Source: Leptospirales bacterium (lineage in GTDB: Bacteria; Spirochaetota; Leptospiria; Turneriellales; JAOUFE01). Taken from it: a stretch of 25,834 nucleotides of DNA. Shown here in pieces: positions 17,115 through 25,834 of the stretch. The stretch lies in assembly GCA_040326155.1 (NCBI GenBank), contig JBEQLE010000063.1, forward strand, positions 1-25,834, given 5' to 3'. Each line of letters starts with the position of its first letter. Position 1 is the first letter of the stretch. A program made the position numbers and the translations under genes. The notes beneath the pieces were generated by a model. It saw only the letters and a program-made list of their open reading frames with translations. It was not told the origin of the DNA and ran no database searches.

Positions 17115-17671
17115 AAAAAACCTCGAATGATATTTTTAGCCTTAAAATTAGCTATTAAAACACTAGATAGGTAAAAATTGTAGATAAGTAAAAGTTGCTT
17201 AAATTCTAATTTTATTACTAAATATATACATATGTTTCGATGTGTCAATACTTTTTTAAAATTATTGTGGTTTTATAGTGGAAAAATAATATCATTTAAA
17301 TACAATAATTGAAATTCAATATTCTACTGATTACGACAAGATATTCCCGCTATGCTTCTTTAGCTTATTGAGCCAAATTAAAGACATATCATTAATTTTG
17401 TAATTATGAGATGTATTTCAAACGATCTCCATCATCCGCGCCTTCGGTAGTGAAAGCTTACAGAATTTTTAGAAAAAAACAAAAAAAACACCAAAATCGT
17501 TAAAAGATTTTTCAACTATTGAAGATAATTCAATTCCGCCCCGTACCGACTCGCATACCCATTCAACCCGCATACACACTCTGCACAACAGACGGATATT
17601 TCTCATAGAAATATCGAAACAAGTTGATTACTTTTTCTTCGATTTCGGAGCCGTTGTAAAAGCCTAGCAGC

Positions 17672-17857
17672 TCAGTGAGATTTACCCATTGGTGGATATT
17701 TTATTATAATGCCTGTATCAATTATTTTACGTACTTTCGTATCAAAATCTCTGTCGTTTATGTTAGAAACCCTAACCCAATACTTTTCATTAGATATGGA
17801 TATTGCTTCTGTTTCAGAAGCTTCTATTTCGTTGGTTATTAATTGTGTTGAAGTCAT
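17672..17857 (-). CDS. Small hypothetical protein (61 aa), doubtful
   Basis: ORF only, co-oriented downstream of hsdR. No motif and no clear RBS. Confidence 0.25.
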   Translation of the reverse strand: MTSTQLITNEIEASETEAISISNEKYWVRVSNINDRDFDTKVRKIIDTGIIIKYPPMGKSH

Positions 17858-17968
17858 ATAATTTAGAATAAATAAATCTCAATACTTTGGCAACAATTAT
17901 TGAACAACATAACCTGGTTCTGAGGTGCTTTTAAAACAAATTTATTCATTATATCATCACCCCAACAT

Positions 17969-20425
17969 TCAACTCTCCACCATGTACAACTTCTTCTGAA
18001 ATTGGTAAAACAGCGCGCGAATCTTTTCTACACCACCGAGGTTTTCAGTGGCATCTTGGATGGTATGGTATTGCATGTTTAGCAGATCAGGTAATTTCTC
18101 CGCAGCAAGTTCTTCCACGCCGGTTTGAATATAACGCTCCAGTACAAATTCGATAAACTCGCGTTCTTTGTCTTTCAGACCATAAAATATGGCTGCACTG
18201 GTTTCGGCTACTCGGTCTGTTCGTTTTACAAGGGCTCGGGTGAAGGCAATGTAAGCCAACACATCAAAAAGATCGCTATCTTTGGCATTCACCAGTTCTC
18301 TCAACACTTCTAGTTCATCATGACCAAACCCTTTTTGAGCAAGAGCTTCCAGTAGTTTTTGCCGGGTGACGGGATTCGCCCAGATCTTTCTAAGTTCGGT
18401 TTCATCTTTAAAGTGTTCCGGAATTTCACCAAAAAGATTATCCATAAATTCCTCGGCTGACATCGGCTTACCATCGGCACTCCAGAATGAAGTGGATAAC
18501 ATGCTTTGAATTTCTCGCTCTTTTCCATCACGCAATTTCACTTTAACTTTCTTCTTACAGATACAAGGTCGTTGATGACATTTAGGGCAAGTTTCTTTTA
18601 TACAAATACAAGGTCTTTGACCGCAAACAGCGCAAGGTGGCTTTACACAAACACACGGTAATTGACCACACTTCTCGCAAACATCTTCATTACATATACA
18701 AGGTTCTTGCTCACATTCTGAACAAACCGGTTCACCATCCCACGCAGGGTCAGCAAAGTGAAGATATGCATCCACAAAATCATAAATTGTAAAAAACTCT
18801 TTACCGTCAAAAAGCCTGGTTCCTCTACCGACAATTTGTTTAAACTCGATCATAGAATTGACTGGTCGCATTAAAACGATGTTGCGGATATTCCTGGCAT
18901 CTACTCCGGTTGAAAGTTTTTGCGATGTTGTTAAAATAGTCGGTATAGACATTTCATTGTCTTGAAATTCTCGTAAAAACTGTTCGCCATTTTCGCCATC
19001 ATTTGCCGTAACACGAACACAATAATTTGGGTCTGTACTCGTTTTGTATTGATTCACTAACTCCCGAACAGCGGCAGCATGGTCTTGCGTAGCACAAAAG
19101 ATAATTGCTTTTTCGTTTTGGTTGGCTTCATCCATGTAAACCTGAACACGTTTTGCCTCTCTTGCTTTAATCTCAATAATTTTGTTAAAATCAGGCTCAG
19201 TATAAAGTTTGCCTTCTTCAATCTCACCTTCAATAATTTGGTCATCACTGGTGTAGATATAATCATCAATGGTTGTTTTAATACGTTTTACTTTAAATGG
19301 TGTAAGGAAACCATCGTTAATGCCTTCTTTTAAAGAATACACAAAAACAGGTTCACCAAAGTATTTATAAGTATCTGTATTATCTTTTCGCTTTGGAGTA
19401 GCAGTTAAACCTAACTGAACAGCCGGCGAAAAATATTCTAAAATTTTTCTCCAATTACCTTCGTCATTGGCTCCGCCACGATGGCACTCATCTATAATTA
19501 TGAAATCAAAATAGTCTTTCGGATATTCTTCATAGTTTGGATGCTCTTCATCTCCTGTCATGAAGGTTTGAAAAATGGTAAAAAAGATATTACCATTGGT
19601 GGGTACACGAACTTTGTTTCTACCGGTATTCGTTACAAATGTGTTGACAGATATTTTCTTTCCTTCATCATTTATATCTCGAATCGCTTTTGGACTAATA
19701 CGAACCAGAGCGTCATCAGCAAATGCGGAATACCTTGAAAATTCACCATAGGCTTGATCGGATAAAATATTTCTATCAGCCAAGAACAAGATTCGAGGTC
19801 TTCTACTTCCATCTCGTTTTAAATTCCAGCGAGTTTGAAATAGTTTCCAGGCAATGTGAAATGCAATCGTAGTTTTTCCGGTACCAGTTGCCAGAGTTAA
19901 AAGAATTCGATCTTTACCATTTGCAATAGATTCCAGTGCATTGTTTACAGCTAATTCCTGATAAAATCTTGGAGCCTTCGTTTTATTAATATCTTCAAAG
20001 GGAACTTCGCTAAACTTTTCTCTCCATTCGTTTTGAACGGCAAATGTTTTATTCCATAGTTCATCTGGTGTAAGAAAATTCTCAACCAAACTTTCAGCGC
20101 CGGTTTTTAGGCATATTTCATAAATCTCTCGTCCGTTAGTTGCATAGGTCGTTTCTAAATGAAGTTTTAACGCATCCGTTTTTGCCTGCGCTACACCCTC
20201 GCCTACTTCTAACTCATTACTTTTAGCTTCTATTACAGCGAGCTTCATTCCTTTATAAACCAAAACATAATCTGCAATAGAAGGCTTGGCCCTTACGCCA
20301 CCGATTTGAATTTTACCGGCAGTGATATGGTACTCACGTAAAACTTTGGAACCTTCTACAACACCCCAGCCACAGGCTTTTAGTTTAGGGTCAATGAGTT
20401 CTGCTCTTGTTTCTGCTTCGTTCAT
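17969..20425 (-). CDS. hsdR: Type I restriction endonuclease subunit R (EcoAI/type IB-like) with a Cys-repeat insert
   Basis: MNEAETRAELIDP, nuclease motif ADY..IEAK, LATGTGKT, DECH, GLTATP, QIVGRGTR and an EcoEI_R_C-like C-terminus. Confidence 0.95.
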   Translation of the reverse strand: MNEAETRAELIDPKLKACGWGVVEGSKVLREYHITAGKIQIGGVRAKPSIADYVLVYKGMKLAVIEAKSNELEVGEGVAQAKTDALKLHLETTYATNGREIYEICLKTGAESLVENFLTPDELWNKTFAVQNEWREKFSEVPFEDINKTKAPRFYQELAVNNALESIANGKDRILLTLATGTGKTTIAFHIAWKLFQTRWNLKRDGSRRPRILFLADRNILSDQAYGEFSRYSAFADDALVRISPKAIRDINDEGKKISVNTFVTNTGRNKVRVPTNGNIFFTIFQTFMTGDEEHPNYEEYPKDYFDFIIIDECHRGGANDEGNWRKILEYFSPAVQLGLTATPKRKDNTDTYKYFGEPVFVYSLKEGINDGFLTPFKVKRIKTTIDDYIYTSDDQIIEGEIEEGKLYTEPDFNKIIEIKAREAKRVQVYMDEANQNEKAIIFCATQDHAAAVRELVNQYKTSTDPNYCVRVTANDGENGEQFLREFQDNEMSIPTILTTSQKLSTGVDARNIRNIVLMRPVNSMIEFKQIVGRGTRLFDGKEFFTIYDFVDAYLHFADPAWDGEPVCSECEQEPCICNEDVCEKCGQLPCVCVKPPCAVCGQRPCICIKETCPKCHQRPCICKKKVKVKLRDGKEREIQSMLSTSFWSADGKPMSAEEFMDNLFGEIPEHFKDETELRKIWANPVTRQKLLEALAQKGFGHDELEVLRELVNAKDSDLFDVLAYIAFTRALVKRTDRVAETSAAIFYGLKDKEREFIEFVLERYIQTGVEELAAEKLPDLLNMQYHTIQDATENLGGVEKIRALFYQFQKKLYMVES

Positions 20426-21669
20426 ACGGTTACTTCTTTTGTTGTATTTAATTCACCACTAAATGCTTTTTGTAATATTGATTTTTTTAGTTCGTCAAGA
20501 TCATTGAGTTTTTGTTGGTAGATGGTTTCGAGTTTTTTCGTTTCAACAGATAGGGCATCGAGTTTGGCAACGATTGTTTGTTGGGTTTTTAGGGTTGGAA
20601 GATAGAGTTTATATGCGAATAAATGGTTACGATTTACTTTGGGCATTCCTGCCCGTTCCGAACCAAGAATCGCATATTCGGTAAAATCTTTACTCAACAA
20701 CATATGGTATAAAAAATCCTTTGTCATTTTCTTCTTGCTTGGTGATAAAGGATAGATATCTGCGCTACATAACCCTTGAAAATCGCAATTTACTACTTTC
20801 ATAAGATAAGGTCGTATTTTACTGTAAAGAACCATTGATTCATCAAATAAGAATTTACCAGAAATAAGATTTTCTTCTTTTGCCGTTTTCAATTCCAATA
20901 AGGTACCCTTTTGAGATTCAATATTTCCAGCACCAATGTGAATTAAATTCTGAAATTCAGGTTTTCTCGGGTCTATTAATTTTGACGATATTTCACAAAC
21001 CTCACCCAACGTCTTCTCTTCCCATTCATTCCCTTTGTTTTCAAACACCGATTGCAAATAACTCTCAAAAAGTTCTTTAGCATTCTTAAGGTTTTGTTCA
21101 GCATTGGATTTTGCTTTGGCTATGACTGCAAAAGCTTTGTCGAGAATAGATACGATGCGTTTTTGTTCGGGGAGTGATTTTGGGTAAGCAATTATAAACA
21201 CTTCTAACTGGGCTTTAGTAATCGCTTGCCTTGTTGCCCCTTGTTCGCCCGTAAATAATAATTTATCTTTATAAAATTTTGATGTAAGTAATAAGTTCAA
21301 AAATGTAGGGTCGACTAACTCTTTGTTTGTCCTGATGATTGAAACATGCTGATTTACTCTTGCAGGTAAATAATCTGTTGGTATAATACAGCATCTTGCC
21401 ACAGAAGCACCTGTAATGTTCAACAATACGTCATTTTCTTGAAGCGCAACATTATCTAAAGCTTTTGCTTGTTGATCGTCTATGAACGCAAGGTTTCTTT
21501 CCCTAAATTCGAAGTCATGAACATTCATGCTTCGTACTAATGAAATTCCCTCTGTTTTATAGCTTGCATTACCGCCTCGCGGCGTAGCACCACTTCCAAT
21601 TTTACTCGCTACATCCCCCAACTTCTTACTTGCCCACCCTTTCGGTAGGCTCCGTGCATCCATTTTCAT
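20422..21669 (-). CDS. hsdS: Type I RM specificity subunit S
   Basis: LPKGW..KLGDV, two TRDs, LPEQKRIVSILD..ELFESYLQSVF, and ELKKSILQKAFSGEL. ATGA overlap with hsdR. Confidence 0.95.
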   Translation of the reverse strand: MKMDARSLPKGWASKKLGDVASKIGSGATPRGGNASYKTEGISLVRSMNVHDFEFRERNLAFIDDQQAKALDNVALQENDVLLNITGASVARCCIIPTDYLPARVNQHVSIIRTNKELVDPTFLNLLLTSKFYKDKLLFTGEQGATRQAITKAQLEVFIIAYPKSLPEQKRIVSILDKAFAVIAKAKSNAEQNLKNAKELFESYLQSVFENKGNEWEEKTLGEVCEISSKLIDPRKPEFQNLIHIGAGNIESQKGTLLELKTAKEENLISGKFLFDESMVLYSKIRPYLMKVVNCDFQGLCSADIYPLSPSKKKMTKDFLYHMLLSKDFTEYAILGSERAGMPKVNRNHLFAYKLYLPTLKTQQTIVAKLDALSVETKKLETIYQQKLNDLDELKKSILQKAFSGELNTTKEVTV

Positions 21670-21764
21670 ATCAAATCCAAAATAGAGTCTGCACTCGGAT
21701 TGTCATATAGAGTTTTTGCATATTGTGTGTTTTCTGTTATTTTCATTGTTGGTTTCTTTTTTAC

Positions 21765-21793
21765 TTGACATTGAGCTAGATATTATCTAATTT
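21765..21793 (+). promoter_or_regulatory. Antisense sigma70 promoter TTGACA-N17-TAATTT
   Basis: Consensus -35 at 21765-21770, 17-nt spacer, -10 at 21788-21793. A small inverted repeat TAGATA-T-TATCTA lies across the spacer and -10. Confidence 0.55.
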
Positions 21794-21798
21794 ATCGT

Positions 21799-21862
21799 AG
21801 CGGTTGTCAGTGAATCGTCACTAGACGGTTCCACCATAAGGGATAATCGCTTTTTTATTTTT
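21799..21862 (+). ncRNA. Candidate ~60-nt structured small RNA antisense to the second RM operon
   Basis: 10-bp closing stem AGCGGUUGUC/GAUAAUCGCU with two G-U pairs, inner hairpin AGUGA-AUCG-UCACU and a U-tract. Begins 6 nt after the -10. Confidence 0.5.
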
Positions 21863-21918
21863 CCAACCTCTTTCATGCATTTCATCATTTCCTTCGGCTA
21901 AACCCTAGTAGCGACATG

Positions 21919-22206
21919 TCAAACCAGACCCTTAATCTTTTTTAGAAGTTCGAATGTTCCGATTTCCATTTTTGAGAAGGCCAACCGGTCACAATTTGTG
22001 ACCAGTTCATCCTTTTCTTCTTCTGTTAACTGAAACCTGAAATGTTCTGGAAAACGACCAATGTTTCTTTTTACAGCTTGATTCAACACCTTTGTGTCAA
22101 CCTGATAGAGATCAGCCAAATCAGCATCTATCATCACTTGAGCATCTCGAATACTAAATATTCTCTGATGAAGTTCAGAAGTTTTCATGAGCTGATTATT
22201 TCTCAC
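21919..22206 (-). CDS. ORF6N-domain DNA-binding protein, C-terminally truncated
   Basis: [43 protein letters not shown] is the ORF6N signature. It ends shortly after LVTNCDRL, without the usual PYAFTEQG segment. GTGA overlap with hsdM. Confidence 0.75.
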   Translation of the reverse strand: MRNNQLMKTSELHQRIFSIRDAQVMIDADLADLYQVDTKVLNQAVKRNIGRFPEHFRFQLTEEEKDELVTNCDRLAFSKMEIGTFELLKKIKGLV

Positions 22207-23657
22207 ACCAACTCCCGAATGCTCGATAATATCTTTTCACTATCTTTGTCGAGTTTCTGCATTGCCTTTAAAATATCTTTCGGTTTACGTAGTGGAGCTT
22301 CTTCTTTCTGGTTAGGATTCTTAGCGCTTAGATCAAAAGTAGTTTGGTCAATATCTTTTATATGGATACTCCAAGAGTTTTCACTTTCTGTCTTCTTCTT
22401 TTGTAGTTCTATAAATTCTGCCAGATCTTTTTCATTAAGTGCATTTGTTTTTCCAAGATTCCGAGCTAAGTTTAATTGATAAAACCAGACTTTTTTAGTA
22501 GAGCTTCCCTTTTTAAAAAACAGTACTACGGTTTTAACACCTGCCCCGGTAAATGTTCCGCCGGGTAAATCTAACACTGTATGCAAGTTACAATTTTCTA
22601 GAAGTTGTTTACGTATGGCAATAGAAGCATTATCGGTATTACTTAAAAATGTATTTTTAATAATTACACCGGCCTTGCCACCGGCTTTTAGTATTTTAAT
22701 AAAATGTTGTAAAAACAAGGAGGCGGTTTCACCTGTTTTTATAGGGAAGTTTTGCTGAACTTCCGCACGTTCCTTTCCACCAAAGGGAGGGTTCGCCAGT
22801 ACTACATCGTAACGATCTTTTTCTTGTATATCTGAAATGTTCTCGGCAAGTGTATTGGTATGTATAATATTTGGCGCTTCTACTCCATGAAGAATCATAT
22901 TCATGGTGCCAATAATATAAGCCAATGATTTCTTTTCTTTTCCGTAAAAGGTTTTCTTTTGTAAGGTGGTGACATCGCTAGTCGATAGTTTTTTACTCTG
23001 TTTTAGATACTCAAAGGCTTCACATAAAAAACCTGCACTGCCCACCGCACCATCATATATTTTATTACCCATTTCCGGAGCTACAACTTTTACAATAGTT
23101 TTAATTAATGACCTGGGTGTATAATATTCTCCACCATTTCGACCGGCATTGCCCATGTTTTTAATCTTGTCTTCGTAAAGGTGACTCATCTCGTGTTTTT
23201 CGGCGTGCGTTCTAAAACGCAGCTCATCAATACGGTTTATTACGTCACGTAAGTTGTAACCGCTTTGCATTCTATTTTTCAACTCACTGAAGATCTCACC
23301 AATTTTATACTCTATGGTATCAGCACTTTCAGCTGATGTCTTAAACTTTTTAAGATAAGGGAATAGTTGAATATTTACGAAGTCAGCCAGATCATCACCG
23401 CCTCGTGCTTTATGGTGATCTAATTTACCATCTTTATCTTTTGGTGTTGCCCAAACATTCCATTGAAACTCCGGTGAAATAATATTGGTATAAGTTTTAC
23501 CGGAAAGTTCAGCTGCTGTAGCTTTATCTTTTTCGAGGTCATCGAGATATTTTAGAAACAATACCCAGGAGGTTTGCTCTACATAATCTAATTCACTTCC
23601 ACAGCCGGCATCTTTATGTAAAATATCGTCTATATTTTTGAAGGTCTGTTCAAACAT
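22203..23657 (-). CDS. hsdM: Type I RM N6-adenine methyltransferase subunit M
   Basis: [22 protein letters not shown], motif [10 protein letters not shown] and motif IV NPPF. Confidence 0.95.
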   Translation of the reverse strand: MFEQTFKNIDDILHKDAGCGSELDYVEQTSWVLFLKYLDDLEKDKATAAELSGKTYTNIISPEFQWNVWATPKDKDGKLDHHKARGGDDLADFVNIQLFPYLKKFKTSAESADTIEYKIGEIFSELKNRMQSGYNLRDVINRIDELRFRTHAEKHEMSHLYEDKIKNMGNAGRNGGEYYTPRSLIKTIVKVVAPEMGNKIYDGAVGSAGFLCEAFEYLKQSKKLSTSDVTTLQKKTFYGKEKKSLAYIIGTMNMILHGVEAPNIIHTNTLAENISDIQEKDRYDVVLANPPFGGKERAEVQQNFPIKTGETASLFLQHFIKILKAGGKAGVIIKNTFLSNTDNASIAIRKQLLENCNLHTVLDLPGGTFTGAGVKTVVLFFKKGSSTKKVWFYQLNLARNLGKTNALNEKDLAEFIELQKKKTESENSWSIHIKDIDQTTFDLSAKNPNQKEEAPLRKPKDILKAMQKLDKDSEKILSSIRELV

Positions 23658-23720
23658 TAGTTTTCCTTTAGTAAACTATGTAAAAGTAATATAAGCAAGA
23701 TACATTGTAAATAAGCATAA

Positions 23721-24815
23721 TTAGAATTCGTAAGGTAGAAAAAACTGGTCTGTGTCATGTTTTAAATAAATTTCTGGCGGTGGATTTGCTATAAATCCTC
23801 CTGAAGTAATAATTGTTTTTCGCTCAGAAATTAAGGCTTCAAAACGTTCCCTATGAGCCGGACCATCAGCTTCAGGAACCTGTATATAAACACGCCTTAG
23901 GTTTTTCATGTTTTCAAGATATAATTTATCAATACCCCTGTTAAAAAATGGAAATGAATACCCAATGACAATGAGTGTTGTTGTTTTTCCTGTAACCTTT
24001 AAAAGTTGATCTTTCATTTTCCTTGGGTACGGATCATCAGTTTCCCACGCAAAGTGAATTAGGGTTGATATCGGCTTATCTTTTCTATTGATATATTGAT
24101 TATACCACTCCATGACTTTATCGATTACTTCCTGATTTACTTCTTTAAAATAAGGGAACTTATCATAATCATGAAAATCGGAATTATTGATGGAATGGGC
24201 TTCTGCGCTTCCGTTGATTTTTACAATTGAAAATTTGTCTCGATCAATTTCCATTTTTTCATCTTTGCGAGGGATCAGCTGCATGGATACAGAAATTTGC
24301 TCACCTAGTATATTTTCTGCGGCGTCCTTTAAAAAACTACTGTAGGAACGCTCTAACTGGCTGTCGTAATTCCATGAAATTATGTTAATATCTGGTGGAA
24401 GCTTTGCTGACCCGCTTTCATTTTCAAGAATACTTGCAAAGAAATTGTCATATCTTTGGTCAACACGTAAACGTGCCTGTTCAATCATGAAGTAACAAGA
24501 TAGAGTTGCCTTTAGTCTATTGTATCTATCAAAATCACCTTGATGGTAAAGCTTTTTAGCATATGTATCAATAGATGTATTATTTCCGCATTCTTTCTCA
24601 AGCCATTTCAAGCTGGTAATGAATTCTTTTTCAATGTCATTCAGTTGTCTACTAATTCCTGGCTTTCCAGAAAGTGGTTGCTGTACAGCGTATAAATCTT
24701 TAAACCATGCAATAAAAAACCGTAATTTTTCACCCATATTAGAAACCAGTGGCAAAGCATTGCAACTAGCCCCTGCCCCTAACAGGTAAGTAAAGTGTTC
24801 GTTATTTTCAGCCAT
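23721..24815 (-). CDS. SIR2-like (SIR2_2/AbiH-related) domain protein
   Basis: LLGAGAS..LP, IISWNYD, VKINGS and LIVIGYSFP occur in the order of sirtuin-fold defence proteins. Confidence 0.7.
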   Translation of the reverse strand: MAENNEHFTYLLGAGASCNALPLVSNMGEKLRFFIAWFKDLYAVQQPLSGKPGISRQLNDIEKEFITSLKWLEKECGNNTSIDTYAKKLYHQGDFDRYNRLKATLSCYFMIEQARLRVDQRYDNFFASILENESGSAKLPPDINIISWNYDSQLERSYSSFLKDAAENILGEQISVSMQLIPRKDEKMEIDRDKFSIVKINGSAEAHSINNSDFHDYDKFPYFKEVNQEVIDKVMEWYNQYINRKDKPISTLIHFAWETDDPYPRKMKDQLLKVTGKTTTLIVIGYSFPFFNRGIDKLYLENMKNLRRVYIQVPEADGPAHRERFEALISERKTIITSGGFIANPPPEIYLKHDTDQFFLPYEF

Positions 24816-24819
24816 CGAA

Positions 24820-24904
24820 TGTGCTACAAGTGAAATAATTCTAACCCGCCGTCAATTCCAATTCTCCTAGAAGAAATGAAGCAGTCTGCCACACTACCAA
24901 CCCC
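24820..24904. repeat. Conserved upstream element, copy 2 (homologous to 5631-5712)
   Basis: See copy 1. Sits immediately upstream of the SIR2-like ATG at 24815. Confidence 0.65.
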
Positions 24905-25202
24905 ACCGCTCCACACCTCTCTGCATCGCCGTTGTCTCAACAGCCCCCACGAGCGCTGAAAAAAGTGGATTCTCCCAGTTCTTCTCGGGCAATTTTTGTC
25001 CGGCAAATTTTCGAGCCTCAGTAAAAAAGCGGCCGCTTTTGTTTTCATTCAAGATGCGCCAGTAGTACACAATGTGCTCTTAATAATAGTACTTTTGTCT
25101 TTACACCGAATCAAGAGCTGGTTACGGTGATACAAATAAATTAAAATTATTACTCACTGCCTTAAGGCGTGATAATTACGTATGTCGTAACAAGAGACCA
25201 TT

Positions 25203-25760
25203 ATGAATATTACAGAAATGTTAGAACAGATAAATTCTCGAAAGAATGTTTTATATTCAGCTGCCCAATCAAGAGGACTTTCAACCTGGATAATTGTTGT
25301 TTTACTTTATTATATATTCCATAATGGCATTTATCGGTTACTTACAAATGAATTTATTGTTAATTACTTGTTATTAGTATTTGTTTTTTTACATTCTATA
25401 TTTATTTTTTCTTATATCTATACTGCTTATCTATTTATTTCAAAAAAAAAATATCAGCCATTACTTATTAAGCCCCCATCTAAGAATCACTTTTTGTTTA
25501 CATATAATTACTATTTTTCTATCAATCACCTTGTATGTTTTTTCATACTTCTTTTATTAAGTTATTTTAATTTCCAGATACCCATTATTCTTCTTTATTT
25601 GAATTTATTCGTTTATTTTCTTTTTGGTGTATTAGGTGTACATTTTGAAAACAAAAAAAACAAGTTGGAAATTCTACCAGGGTTACACGAATATTCACTA
25701 ACTTTTATAAAAAGTAAATACGATTTCAAAATATTTGCTAAAAAAAAATTAATATCTTGA
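25203..25760 (+). CDS. Hypothetical integral membrane protein (about 4 TM segments)
   Basis: 185-aa AT-rich ORF with four long hydrophobic stretches. AAGAG upstream. Confidence 0.6.
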   Translation: MNITEMLEQINSRKNVLYSAAQSRGLSTWIIVVLLYYIFHNGIYRLLTNEFIVNYLLLVFVFLHSIFIFSYIYTAYLFISKKKYQPLLIKPPSKNHFLFTYNYYFSINHLVCFFILLLLSYFNFQIPIILLYLNLFVYFLFGVLGVHFENKKNKLEILPGLHEYSLTFIKSKYDFKIFAKKKLIS

Positions 25761-25834
25761 TATGACCCCGAAAAAACGGACACACCTACGCAATTAATTT
25801 TACAGCATATTGAAATGGACTTCTGTAGCCCAGC

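Noticed and set aside
17595..17615. Hairpin GATATTTCT-CAT-AGAAATATC
   Set aside because: AT-rich 9-bp stem with no U-tract and no second copy. Function unsupported.
1880..21669. hsdS shufflon between the two hsdS genes
   Set aside because: Same orientation, different HsdS subfamilies, no shared long repeats noticed, and no recombinase in the window.
30..22479. Numerous short ORFs antisense or out of frame to the large genes (e.g. 1938..2285, 4614..4967, 5073..5504, 16300..16599, 22042..22479)
   Set aside because: Shadow ORFs overlapping well-supported genes, with no motifs of their own.
25025..25040. 16-bp palindrome AAAAGCGGCCGCTTTT
   Set aside because: Terminator-like, but it lies between divergent genes with nothing obvious to terminate, and is single copy.

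Overview
Bacterial defence island, almost entirely on the minus strand. The lipoprotein signal peptides look spirochaete-like, but this is only an inference. Left: a type I RM operon, hsdM - HEPN toxin - MNT::HsdS fusion - PHP/AAA-ATPase, which runs off the left edge; its hsdR is not in the window. Middle: decayed defence remnants (a DUF262 5' stub, a diverged 98-bp sspD fragment, a HicB-like stub), a DUF4399 lipoprotein, an RHH/PIN toxin-antitoxin pair, and an intact sspBCD-type phosphorothioation cluster with no sspA or sspE. Three direct copies of a structured ~70-150 bp repeat partition this middle part. Next comes an AT-rich block of lipoprotein/surface genes, one of them frameshifted. 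Right: a second type I RM operon, SIR2-like - hsdM - truncated ORF6N - hsdS - hsdR, whose hsdR carries four CxxCxQxPCxC repeats and which contains a candidate antisense small RNA with its own promoter and terminator. The two RM operons share a homologous ~85-bp upstream element. Best candidates for new biology: the HEPN / MNT::HsdS arrangement with a G7 switch at the fusion joint, the repeat-bounded ssp/TA modules, the antisense sRNA, and the SIR2-led RM operon. All calls come from reading motifs; no database search was run.
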